Assembly: GCF_001194135.2 (NCBI RefSeq) | Contig: NC_068981.1 | Coordinates: forward strand, 69,965,560 to 69,998,481 | Length of the DNA: 32,922 nt | Source of the DNA: Octopus bimaculoides | Taxonomy: Eukaryota | Reading direction: 5' to 3' | In this document: one piece after another, positions 10,539-23,194 of the stretch | Layout of the letters: each line of letters begins with the position of its first letter | Numbering within the stretch: the stretch's first letter is position 1 | The notes under the pieces: model-generated | Told to the model about the DNA's origin: nothing | Database searches by the model: none | What the model saw: only the letters and a program-made list of their open reading frames with translations | Translations under genes and position numbers: made by a program

Positions 10539-10998
10539 ATGTGTGTGCTTGACTTTATACAGAGATGCAATAAAAAATTTATATTAACTGAAGGATTCAT
10601 TAGGACTTTTTATAGAGAAGGTATTATTACAAATTTACAAAAATACTGGTGACAGTGAATTCCAAGTTTCGGTTTGCAGTCGTGACTCGGACAGTCGGAG
10701 GATAGCCTGCAGATCGAAATTTCGATGTCATTCCCACCACTATACTAGTAAATGCATGATATATATATATATATATACGTATATATTACCTCATATGTAA
10801 ACAAGTATAAGCCTGTCTTTAAAGCGTTGAAATGTATTGTAGAACAAGTAGATAGATATATTTTTGAACGCTTATATACTGAAGAATCTAGATACAGGAT
10901 AAGATCCTTTAAGGAGCTATTAAAATTATTTTATCGTTCATATATGCTGTTCAGTATTTGCGTGTTGAAACAATATATCATTCTACTTGTTCTATATA

Positions 10999-11170
10999 GG
11001 GGAAGAATTAACAAAAAAAAAGACCAAGACAGGTGTGTAGACAGCAAACAGATGCATTAGTTTAAGGCTCGGGAAGTGAAAAAGGCTTTAACGTTTCGAG
11101 ACTATGCTCTTCCACAGCAAGGTGAGAAAATAAAGAATGTGTAATGGCTATCGATCTGTCATGGTGAATG
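10999..11170 (-). mobile_element. Second, independent copy of the family-B PLE-type remnant
   Basis: Diverged homology to 4856-4990. Followed on the right by a GT-rich low-complexity tract to ~11530. Confidence 0.6.
11086..11121 (-). ncRNA. Hammerhead-like motif with variant core CUGUGGA
   Basis: 5'-CUUG CUGUGGA A GAG-CAUAGU-CUC GAAA CG UU|AAAG-3'. Stem II has 3 bp, stem I has 3 of 4 bp, and position 6 is U. Confidence 0.5.
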
Positions 11171-11533
11171 CCGAACAGAAGGGTAAGACAGAAGAGCTAG
11201 AAAGAAGGGGAGATAATAAAGTAGTGGTGAGCTCAAAACGAAAGTTCGCGTGCGTGTGTACAAGAGAGTATGTATGTGCTTGTGGAAGAGAGCTGATGAC
11301 CTGGACATGTGCGTGTGTGTATGTATAGGTGTGAAGATGTGGGGCTAGGAAGTGGTCAGTGCTAGTGTGTGCGTGGTGGTATGAAGTGATGTGATGTGTT
11401 GTGTGGTATGGTGGTGAATGGTGTAGTGGTGCATGGTGTAGTGGTGTATGGTGTAGTGTGATGATGTTAGGAGGTGGGGAAGCTGAGAGTGGGGAAGCAA
11501 AGGTGGGGAGTGGATTAGGCTGAGAGTGGGGTA

Positions 11534-12133
<600 letters not shown>

Positions 12134-12134
<1 letters not shown>

Positions 12135-12689
12135 CCCTGATGCAGTACCAGGCAGTAGCTCTCATGGCTTCTTATCCTAATTGATTGGAAGTGTTATCAT
12201 GTACATTGTTTTGTCTTGGTATAAAAAGAAGGGCTAAAGCAAATATTCTGCTCAATACCGCAGATTTGCATGTCAGTGGTTTGACCATAACCAGTTGAGC
12301 ATGTCCTTTGGTGGCTGACGATATATGCATCTCTGATCGTGAGCAGAAGTAGTGGGGAAGCATCATAGCCATGTGTTGAGAGGAAGTCTTTGAGGTTTGA
12401 ATAATTCACCTTTGGAAACATGGGTATTTTGCTCAACATCCTTAAACAAACCTTATACAGGGTACTTTTGAGCGAGATAGGCTCCTTGACCACAAGAACA
12501 TTCTAACTGAGCCCCACCTGTGAGGTCATGCGCTGTTTATTGTGATATGAGAGCACCATGTCACGCACATATGGTTGTGATGCATGTGCCTGGTGTACCC
12601 TTATCTGACGGGTAGTCAAAATGGGTATGACGGGCTTCGTATAATTTACCCCCATTGTCACTTTGATGGCTTGCACTGCTCTCTCACTC
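12134..12689 (+). mobile_element. ~556-bp interspersed element inserted within (AAT)n; family unassigned
   Basis: Higher-GC, higher-complexity block with sharp boundaries (GCCCTGATGCAG...CTCTCTCACTC) and AAT arrays on both sides. No recognisable protein motif. Strand inferred only from a G.U-containing hairpin. Confidence 0.55.
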
Positions 12690-12699
12690 AATCATAATT

Positions 12700-12765
<66 letters not shown>

Positions 12766-12803
12766 TTAGTAATAATAATAATAATGATAATAATAATAAT
12801 AAT
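12690..12803 (+). repeat. (AAT)n microsatellite
   Basis: Read directly. Confidence 0.97.
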
Positions 12804-12875
12804 ACAAGGCACACAGAGTGCGCTCGGTAGTGAAGTGAAAGCACGTTATAAAAATAAAACTACTGAACAATAATA
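12804..12875 (+). mobile_element. ~70-bp 3' tip of the same R4/Dong-like element
   Basis: CAAGGCACACAGAGTGCGCTCGGTAGTGAAGTGAAAGCACGTTATAAAAATAAAACTACTGAA aligns with 11823-11886 and is flanked by AAT repeats. Confidence 0.8.
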
Positions 12876-13107
12876 AATATGATCATAATAATTGTGCATT
12901 TGAACTATTCCTAAAAAAACAAAAAGGTCAGAAGAAATAGACATACGACCTAATTTAGTGCAGATGCATAATACATTTTTTTTATTGAAATCTAGAATAG
13001 TTGAAATGATCTTGTCATCTAAGGATACTTATTGGAGCATGATGGCAGGAATTTTTTCAAACAGTCTAATTTGTTTTACGTATATAATACTATAATATTC
13101 CTAATAA

Positions 13108-13262
13108 CAATTTTGGCACAAGGCACAGTGCTCAATTGGTACTTTCTTTATCGACCCGGTAAAACTGAAAAGCAAAGTCGACCTCATTAGAATTTGAACT
13201 CACAAATAAAAGACGGACGACATGCTGTTAAGCTTTTTGGTCGGCGTGTAAACGTTTATACC
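13108..13262 (-). mobile_element. tRNA-derived SINE, same superfamily, internally deleted
   Basis: B-box-like GAGTTCAAATTCT (13189-13201), GAGGTCGACTTTGC core, and 3' GTGCCAAAATTG similar to the end of the copy at 24901-25085. Confidence 0.8.
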
Positions 13263-14715
13263 AAATATTTTATTTTGTAATGTAGCACGTTTGCACCAAC
13301 ACATTTTCTAATAAGTGATACAACAACAACCCCACACATTATACTGGACGTCATAGGTATATGTTGGTTGTGTAATTATTCACTCTTTGCGTGACCATAA
13401 AAACTTAATTTCGATGAATAATTGAGGTTGGATTAACCGCCTAATATTAACTTGCTGCTAAATTATATTGCTAGTTTCAGAATGTAACTAAGTAGAGTGT
13501 GTCTTTGCAAATTTCATTCCAATCTAACACAAGAAATGTGACCACGTATCGAACCATCCATACACACACACAGACCTACATATATATATGTATATACATA
13601 TGTGTATATATGCGTGTGTGTGTGTGTGTGTATACATTTAAGTATATGCTTCCATACACGAATTCATGTATCTACACACACTCACATTATATATATGTAT
13701 ATATATATATATATTCACACACATATGTATGTATATAAAGAGAGAGAGAGAGAGAGTGGGACAGACATACAAACAGACAGACGGCAAGAGAAGGAGTGGA
13801 TGTAAGCTTTCCCGGCGATTCCAAATTAATATTCGTGTAGAGAACCCAGATTAAATTTATCACATTTCTCACACCACGCAAGCACTTTTAATACCTTTTG
13901 CTAACGTGCATGTGTTTGTGCATGCGCACGTATGCACGCTGCAGCTTCTTATATGCTGATTACGAATACTGAGTCAATAAATTTTGTCCACATTTGACCA
14001 GACATAGAATTCGTTAAAGGCATGTCAATTGTAGAGAAATCTTGCCAATAATACCATCTCTCTACTCAAGCGTTAGCCTTCTCAGAATGTCGGAAAATGT
14101 CGATAATGGCATGCTACATCTGCTAAAAACGCAATATTTTCCTGTAATGAATGAGTGCAGGAAGACGGTTTAATATACAGGAAGAGTTACTCTACTTGCT
14201 GGTACAATTTGAACGTCTTATCTTGCTCGATAAGAATGTTATGCATTACTTTCAGTATAACTATTTCGTGTTGTGTGTATTCACTATACTTGTATCCGTC
14301 TTATTTTTTTATCAGATACATGACGACCTCAAATTTAAGTTTCCTTTCTGAATTCATTTTCGTTTGCGAATAAAGGTTCATACACACTTACCATGTGCTT
14401 CAGAAGCAAACTTCTCACCACATAGGCATGTCTGAACGTCGGTTATATATATATATATATATNNNNNNNNNNNNNNNNNNNNNNNNNNNNNNNNNNNNNN
14501 NNNNNNNNNNNNNNNNNNNNNNNNNNNNNNNNNNNNNNNNNNNNNNNNNNNNNNNNNNNNNNNNNNNNNNNNNNNNNNNNNNNNNNNNNNNNNNNNNNNN
14601 NNNNNNNNNNNNNNNNNNNNNNNNNNNNNNNNNNNNNNNNNNNNNNNNNNNNNNNNNNNNNNNNNNNNNNNNNNNNNNNNNNNNNNNNNNNNNNNNNNNN
14701 NNNNNNNNNNNNNNN

Positions 14716-14770
<55 letters not shown>

Positions 14771-14771
<1 letters not shown>

Positions 14772-14975
14772 CTTGTTTGTCCACCATCACCGCTTGATCG
14801 CCGGTGTGTTTACGTTCACTTAAATTAGCGGTTTGGCAAAAAGATCGAGAGAATAAATACTAACCTTTAAAAAAATAAGAGTTGGAGTCGATTTCTTCGA
14901 TGAAAATACTTCAAAATGGTGCTGTGGCATGGCTGTAATCAAATGACTGATACAAGTAAAAGAATAAAAGAATAA
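14771..14975 (+). mobile_element. 3' part of a related SINE subfamily
   Basis: Shares the core AATAAATAC...TGGAGTCGAT with the other SINEs but has different flanks and ends in (AAAAGAAT)2. Head absent or in the gap. Confidence 0.6.
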
Positions 14976-15539
14976 GTATGTCGATATATATTCACATTGA
15001 GGGAATGTAACAGCTAAAATCCAGGCTACACCTATTTCCTAGCTAGCAGATTCTCTGATGTAATAATTACTCAACGAAAAGTACTCAGCTAGTCACTCAT
15101 CAGCTCGGGGATACCATAATTTTATGAAGGTTACATTGTCGTTTGGAAATCCCAAGTTAACATACCGTAGAGGTTATTTGAGATGATGTAATTTCAAAAT
15201 TTGTTTACGTATATACTTCTTATAGAGATAAAAAAACACCCGAAACTATGTGAATTATTGCTATGAGCATATGAGCTTCACACAATGCGTATATATTTTT
15301 TTTAGATTTGCAAGTGAGTGTTTCTAGAAATATATATCTTACATTTTCTGGACATAGTCACCTCGCACTTCATTTGTATTCAACAGAATCAATCTGGTGC
15401 TTTAAGAGGTGTTTCTCGTCGCATTTTCCAAAACAGTGATATGATTATGCTACGATAGTTTCACCTAATAGCAAAATCATAGAACAATTATATTGTCATT
15501 GAAGTCAGACACTTTAAGCCTTTCAATCTAACAACTCAC

Positions 15540-16300
15540 ATTTTACATTTTGATAGTACAACCATAAATTTATTGGCCGTAGCAATATCATGCTGCAAAA
15601 TTTTGTTACTTTTAAATCTTTTAGCAGCATTGAGCTTTGAGATATTTAGATGAATTTTTTTAAATAATTCACTTTGTCTAGTGCTAATTAAAAGATAACG
15701 CATATACACGACACCATAATGTAAGGGCATGGATCAGTATGCAAGCGTATATCTGAAAAGTACCATCACTTAAATTTCTTTTCAATTCATCACTAGATAT
15801 GGATGAATGAGATTCCTGATTCCGAACAAAGCTCTCCTCCACACAGATAGGAAAATAATTCGGATAGAGGAACATGCAGTAAAATACAGTTTCATACATA
15901 TGTCATTTAAATTATATATTGTATATATATATATATTACTGCTGGCTGTTCTATTGCATAGACGATGGGATTCCATTTAGATATAACAAATATTCTTGAA
16001 TTTATGTCTGAAATTCAAAATATTTTTATGCATTTATCTACTACGACCGAAAATATCATAATATATTTTATGCTTAACTTTTATTTCTATCTGATATAAA
16101 TATATTGTCCAGTATCCACTTTTTAAATCGACATAAATATATAATTTATACATTCCCTTTCTGTGAATTTGCATGTAAATTGCATGTATAGAGAAGAGTT
16201 CAAGTGTGTACATTATAGAGATGACAGAAATTATTCAAAATGTCTTGTATCTTCAACATATTTAAGGATATCTGAGTTATGAATTAAAAGGCTAAATGTG
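15540..16300 (-). mobile_element. Old L2/CR1-group LINE RT and thumb remnant
   Basis: Correct order on the minus strand: NSDILKYVEDT (YADDT motif, ~16246-16281), then QIYACILIH / PLHYGVVY (cf. LY.SLI.P.L.YG...WG), then KILQHDI...KFM. Confidence 0.4.
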
Positions 16301-17585
16301 AAAAGCTATAGTTAGGTTATAATGCAAATGGAAGGAATATATGATACTAAAATAAATAATGTCTCCGCTTCTGTTCATAATGAATAACATACATATTAAC
16401 TTTAATTACTGTACAAGATTTATGATTTTGCTGTACTTGTATGTTTGTTCACGAGAAAGAAAGGCAAAATGAAATATTTCCACAACTATGGTTCTCCAAG
16501 AAGTGCCGCTGCGAACAATATATCAATTTATAGCATTTCTATAATTAATTGTATAAAATTAACATGATCATCCTCGTGCTTCCATTTCTTTTTATAATTG
16601 GTTGTTAAAATCTTTAAAAGAGAAGTTCATAAATAGCCAAATTGTATAAACAAATGTGAACAGCATGTATTTTCTGGAGCTACTATCGCATTAATTCTTT
16701 TATTTGCTATTTAGCTATTAAAAAATAAATGCTTCTTTTTTTCTCATATGATATTAAATGACCTTGAAAAAAATGACCATCTCAAATATTTATTTTGCAT
16801 AGTGTTTAAGGGTAGAAATTTACGGAAAGTATTACATGCGTTAATCTCTAACAACGTGTTCAGCACCATCCGTATTCCGAACGCTACCGTGCAGAGAATG
16901 TACCTCATCGTTCTTAAAGAATTTCTAATCTACAGTGAAATATTTATTAAGAAGTGATGCATAATAACAGCGCATCACTTGTGACACTTCGGAACAACTG
17001 GAAATAGTATGAAACTATTTTTTATAAAGACACACTCTCAACTGAAAAAAAAAAAAAAAAAACGCTGTTTCACACATGCGCTCTTGTTCTTTTTTTATCC
17101 TCTTGCGCTGCGCTCTCAAAATGAGGGAGCAGAATGTGCGCTGCAGATGAGTATACGCGTATAGAAATACCTGAGTTTAAGGATCACGGAATTTCATCGA
17201 AAAACTGATATTGCACTCATCCAATCTCCTTCGCCTAAATGTTTTAGCTGATATCAACATTTATATGTTCTAAATGAACATATAGTAGATTTGTCAATAT
17301 TAATTTGTATCGTGTCAAATATAAGTCTACTAAGTACCACATATATTTCCAACTATGGAGTTTCAAACATTTGGATGGTAGTTGTACCCGTAGGATTCTA
17401 AATATAAATTACCTTTCAAAATAGGTATGCGACAAAGTGTGCACGTTTTCTATGTATAGGAATGTTTACCAGCGTTCGCGCACACGCACACACAAACACA
17501 CATACACACATAGATATGCATATATATAAATATGTGTATCTATGTGTGTGTGTATGTGTGTGTACATATAGTTCGATATAAAGTA

Positions 17586-18158
17586 ATTTAAGATTAGGTT
17601 GGGTATATAATATCACTTGCTAAAATCAGAGCCATTGCTCCAAAAACCATTATAAAAATTACGATAAAGATACGCATGAGCAATGCAATAAACATATGAG
17701 AAATAAGCTTACTTTTGCTTTGTATACATAGACAAATAATGCATATTTCAATACCAACTGATTTCAAGCTTTCCATGACAAGCATGCTTTGCGATTTTCA
17801 GTTGAAAACTGCATTTCATATCTATTTCTAAAACATTCACTACGTTAGCTCCTGTGCGTTCCTAACTTTAAACGTCTCTCTCCGTTCAAGAGAAACTATG
17901 ATAAATAAGAAAAATTAAATAGATTAGTATACTTACCGTTATTTACAGTAATAATAAGGTGGCTAGCAATTTCGCACCTTTACAGGCACAATACAAAATA
18001 ATTTAAGATTAGGTAGGGTATATAAAACTACCAATGCCAATTGATTTCCTGTTTTGCATGACAAACAGGCTTTGCGATCTTCAGTTGAAAACAGCTTTTA
18101 ATATCGATTTCTAAAGTATTCACTAACTTAGCTCCTCTGCGTTCCTAACTTTAAACGT
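17586..18158 (+). repeat. Diverged local direct repeat (17586-17875 vs 18001-18158)
   Basis: Both copies start ATTTAAGATTAGGT.GGGTATATAA and end TTAGCTCCT.TGCGTTCCTAACTTTAAACGT. Copy 1 has ~130 extra bp near its start. Confidence 0.85.
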
Positions 18159-18856
18159 ATATGTATATATATATATGTTTATGTATTAATATATATATAT
18201 GTGTATGTGTGTATGTTTGTGTGTGTGTGTCTGTTTGTGTCTGTGGTGTAAGTATGTATGAATATAATTCTACATTAACAACTTACACCGAATGTTGTCT
18301 ATGTAAGTAATTAATAAATTTTCAACCTTTGTTTTGTTTTTCAGCGTATTCACGACGTTAGATATGAAATTCATTCGTATTTAATTTTCAATTTACTTTT
18401 TTAATATGATAGTCAGAGCTAATTAATTTCTCCTAGTTACCAAATATATTTTCACATTTTTAATAAAATATAATTATATCATGTTATCTGATTCTGCATT
18501 TCATATATTAGGAGAATTATTTTTTAAATTTATATGCTATTATACATTTGCGTAGCGATCAAAAATGTAAATCTTTAATCTTTTTGATTAGTGTCTCACC
18601 ATGAGGAGTGAATGGTTTTATTCTTATATTCACAGCAAATGAAAGGTTTGAGATGCCCACATTTATACTAAGAATAGAGAAGTTCTACTTAATCAGCATA
18701 TCATATAAAGTATATTATAGATACCAAAATATCAAACTTTTTAATGGTTCTTTATAATCGGTTACATAGAGGGAAAAATGGGATGCAGTAGTTTATCCCG
18801 CCCCTTCTGTCTTTTAGTTCATGCAAATGAAAAAACTGCATTATTTATTGGATGAC

Positions 18857-18951
<95 letters not shown>

Positions 18952-19057
18952 ATCTAATGGGGATCGCTTCCCTATGTTTCTCGACGCAATATTTCGTGGC
19001 AGTATGTCCCAAATCATGTGGAATGTTTGTATATACATTTGTTACATCAAAACTAAC
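18952..19057 (-). mobile_element. Penelope-like RT fragment (motif A)
   Basis: LVSFDVTNVYTNIPHDLGHTATKYCVEKHREAIP; about 10 substitutions relative to 20822-20922. Confidence 0.85.
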
Positions 19058-20229
19058 TAACGGTGTCATCGCTGAGGGACAAGCCGGTTTCGTCAAGGGC
19101 AGAGGAACAAGAAAACAGATAATCAACATCAGAATAATGATCGAGAAATTTAAGGAATGTAACATCCCACTTTACGTGTGTTTCATCTACTACTCTAAGG
19201 CCTTCGACTGTGTGAGACACAGCAAGCTGTGGAACATCATTAAGGACATGGGATTTCCTGAAGACTGAGTCACGCTGTTGGCGCAAATATATCGAGATCA
19301 ACAGTCGTCTGTCAGGACGTCCGTCAGTGACACTGAGTAGTTCGGCATTGAGAGGGTTGTCCGACAGGGATGTGTTCCGTCTCCATATCTGTACAACATA
19401 TATGCAGAAAACATCTTAAGAGCGGTGAAGGAGAACTACGATGTAGGTGTGCAGATTGGCGGAGAAAAATACGCCGATGACACAACCCTCATAAGTAACA
19501 GCAAGGACGAATTGCTGCAGATGATACGCTAAGTGAAAGACATGAGTTCAGAGAGTGACTTATTCCTGAATGTAAAGAAGACAAAGATCTTGGTGGTGGA
19601 TAAGTACAGGACAGACCAAGGTGACTTCACCGTAGATGGAGAGATGATTCAGTAAGTGGATGATTTTGTTTACGTGGGATCCACAATCAGCACCAGTTGA
19701 TCAAGTACACCAGAGATACGGAGAAGATTCGCGATAGCGAGGCAAGTGGTATAAGGTATGGAGAACATCTAGAAGAGGCGTGGCGTGTCAATGCTGCTGA
19801 AGATAACGCTGCCGCTTTCTCTATTGCGACGTACGGTTGAGAATCATGGACAGTGTTGAAGGCAGACGAGAAGAGAGTGAATGCTTTTGAAATGTGGTGC
19901 TACCGCAGAATCCTTAGAGTGTCCTGGACTGAGGGAAGGACGAAAAACTGGGTACTAGAAAAGCTCGGTTGCGAGATGACGCTTCGGCGAACCATCATGA
20001 AGCAGAAGCTACGGTTCTTTGGCTACGTCATGCACCGGGATGGACTTGAGCGAACGATCATAACTAGCAAGGTCAACGGCAGACGTAAAAGAGGCAGACC
20101 ATCCACTTCTTGGCTGAAATACATCGCAGCCACAGGATTGCCCTTAAACTCATCTGTCCATGGGGTAAAGAAGGTGGCAAGTCATCGTGATGACCACAGC
20201 ATCGCATAATGCGACACCTGAATAGAAGA
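19058..20229 (+). mobile_element. RTE-clade (BovB-like) LINE, 5'-truncated, inactive
   Basis: QAGFVKGRGTRKQI, YSKAFDCVRH, VRQGCVPSPYLYNIYAE, YADDTTL (19470-19481), LNVKKTK, AFEMWCYRRILRVSWTE, KLRFFGYVM, GRRKRGRP. Several stops and small deletions. Confidence 0.95.
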
Positions 20230-20635
20230 TATATATATATATATATATANNNNNNNNNNNNNNNNNNNNNNNNNNNNNNNNNNNNNNNNNNNNNNNNNNN
20301 NNNNNNNNNNNNNNNNNNNNNNNNNNNNNNNNNNNNNNNNNNNNNNNNNNNNNNNNNNNNNNNNNNNNNNNNNNNNNNNNNNNNNNNNNNNNNNNNNNNN
20401 NNNNNNNNNNNNNNNNNNNNNNNNNNNNNNNNNNNNNNNNNNNNNNNNNNNNNNNNNNNNNNNNNNNNNNNNNNNNNNNNNNNNNNNNNNNNNNNNNNNN
20501 NNNNNNNNNNNNNNNNNNNNNNNNNNNNNNNNNNNNNNNNNNNNNNNNNNNNNNNNNNNNNNNNNNNNNNNNNNNNNNNNNNNNNNNNNNNNNNNNNNNN
20601 NNNNNNNNNNNNNNNNNNNNATATATATATATATA

Positions 20636-22250
20636 CGGGTAGCTTGAATTTTTTTATTGTTATGCTCCAAGTATCTCAATACTGAATTCGCGAAAACTTG
20701 AGAAAATTGCGTCCCCATAGTTGTGCCTGGAATTTGGAGGTAGTTTTTTTTTTCCATTGAAAAGGAATGTATTGTTTTCGAGGAGGAGGCTGACCGCATC
20801 TTGTATGAAGGTTGCTGTAAATCTACTGGGGATCACTTCCCTATGTTTCCCGACCCAATATTTCATGGCAGTAAGTCCAAAATCATGTGGAATGTTTGCA
20901 TATATGTTTATTACATCAAAACTAACAGGGAATGTGATTCTGTTGTTTTGGGCAGTTGTGTTAGGAAATCAATGTCTTCTGAAATAAATCGGTGTGTAAC
21001 TCCATAGTAGTTTTAGGATAATATCAATGAGGTTGCTAATACGCTGTGTAGGACAGGCCAGACCAGTTATAATGGGTTTTAGCTTAAGGTCTTTTGGTTG
21101 TAGTAGTTTTACATATTCACAACTTTGTTACTTTATAGCATTCTGTATTTGTTTTCACTTATATTCTGTATTTGTTTTCACTTGGGTAAGCCACAGAAGT
21201 TGCTGGATTTCAACTCAAAATTAGTAATATAGTCCCTGTCACTAGACGTGAGGGAGTTATAGTGTTTTGAGACTAAATAATTTAATTTCTTAATGGTGCA
21301 GTGGTCGGTATTCGAGGGTATTTCATGGTAGAATGTATCTTTTAAATATCTTACGCTAGATCCCGGTAATATTCCGTATTCATTATACTAATGGCATCCA
21401 CTTTGTCTGCTTGTTTGATGACAATTTTGTTGTCATTTTGAAGACGTATAAGGGCAGACTTTCCTAGTTTTGAAATGTTTATCCTGACATTGATATTATG
21501 CCTCAGTAGAAATCTGGAGTGGGTGTCAATAAACTGATCTAGATGTGTATTTCCTCCTTTTGGCAGGTTAAATTTGGATTTAGGTTTCGTCAAGCATTCA
21601 TCATTCTCATTATTTTTATCAGTAAAAAAAACTCCACAAGTCGGAGTTTCCGACAAAAGTTTTGGTTATTTTCCTCCAATTCCTGATGGTTAACTGTAGA
21701 TGTAGATGTGAATTTTAATCTTTTCATCAATAATCGAAGTTGGTCACTGTCTTTATTTCTTTTTGACAGATTAATCATTTTAGGATCTACCATATCAATT
21801 GTTTCACAGTTGTTGCTTCTTGGGCTTTTTCTTTCTTTGGTGTTTGCTGTCCTGCCCCTAAAAGATAGATTCTTTTTTGTCAATTATTTCTTTTATTATT
21901 AACATCTTTCCTCCGCTGAGCTTTGTATTTTGGTTGTGGTGTCTGGTTAGGTTTGCTTTTTTCTCTTGTTTCTAAGTATGGTCTTATTATTTATATTTTT
22001 AGTTTGTGAAAAGAATTTTGGGGGTTTATTTGACTGTCTACTATGCTTTTTGTTCTGTTTCTAATTGGCGATTTAAGTTGATGACTTGAATGTGATTTCT
22101 GCACGGTTTTTCTTCCTGTAATATTTTGATCAAATGAATAAATAGTTTGTTTACTAACGATTTGATCAAAGAAATGTTTGTTTTGTTTCTGGTATTCTTG
22201 TATGTTACGTGTATTGGTATGTTTCTACAAGTTTCTGCATTAACTTCGCC
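20636..22250 (-). mobile_element. Penelope-like element ORF remnant (N-terminal region to RT motif B)
   Basis: In order: FCRKLRLVEFF; LQNDNKIVIKQADK..IMNTEYY; NFCGLPK; LKLKPII.G.ACPTQRISN; LVSFDVINIYANIPHD; LLENNTFLFN; QIPGTTMGTQFSQVFAN. The GIY-YIG end is not seen (gap); the right boundary is approximate. Confidence 0.9.
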
Positions 22251-22429
22251 TAATTGGGAGGAGCATTTATATTATTAATATATTTATTATTACAGTCGGA
22301 ACTTATGCCCTTAAGGTATAATCCACAAAATGTAAGGAAATGACACAGCAACCCACAGGCACGCGGGCACTCACACATGCACACACACCCATACACACAC
22401 ACGCACGCACACACACACACACACACATA

Positions 22430-22479
<50 letters not shown>

Positions 22480-23130
22480 NNNNNNNNNNNNNNNNNNNNN
22501 NNNNNNNNNNNNNNNNNNNNNNNNNNNNNNNNNNNNNNNNNNNNNNNNNNNNNNNNNNNNNNNNNNNNNNNNNNNNNNNNNNNNNNNNNNNNNNNNNNNN
22601 NNNNNNNNNNNNNNNNNNNNNNNNNNNNNNNNNNNNNNNNNNNNNNNNNNNNNNNNNNNNNNNNNNNNNNNNNNNNNNNNNNNNNNNNNNNNNNNNNNNN
22701 NNNNNNNNNNNNNNNNNNNNNNNNNNNNNNNNNNNNNNNNNNNNNNNNNNNNNNNNNNNNNNNNNNNNNNNNNNNNNNNNNNNNNNNNNNNNNNNNNNNN
22801 NNNNNNNNNNNNNNNNNNNNNNNNNNNNNNNNNNNNNNNNNNNNNNNNNNNNNNNNNNNNNNNNNNNNNNNNNNNNNNNNNNNNNNNNNNNNNNNNNNNN
22901 NNNNNNNNNNNNNNNNNNNNNNNNNNNNNNNNNNNNNNNNNNNNNNNNNNNNNNNNNNNNNNNNNNNNNNNNNNNNNNNNNNNNNNNNNNNNNNNNNNNN
23001 NNNNNNNNNNNNNNNNNNNNNNNNNNNNNNNNNNNNNNNNNNNNNNNNNNNNNNNNNNNNNNNNNNNNNNNNNNNNNNNNNNNNNNNNNNNNNNNNNNNN
23101 NNNNNNNNNNNNNNNNNNNNNNNNNNNNNN

Positions 23131-23194
<64 letters not shown>

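Noticed and set aside
12134-12200. HDV-like ribozyme or hammerhead at the start of the 556-bp element
   Set aside because: CTGATGC lacks the GA of the hammerhead core, and no P1/P2/P3 pseudoknot pairing could be built by eye.
16860-16880. TTCAGCACC, the left half of a REST/RE1 site
   Set aside because: The right half (GGACAGCGCC) is missing, and a half-site is expected by chance.
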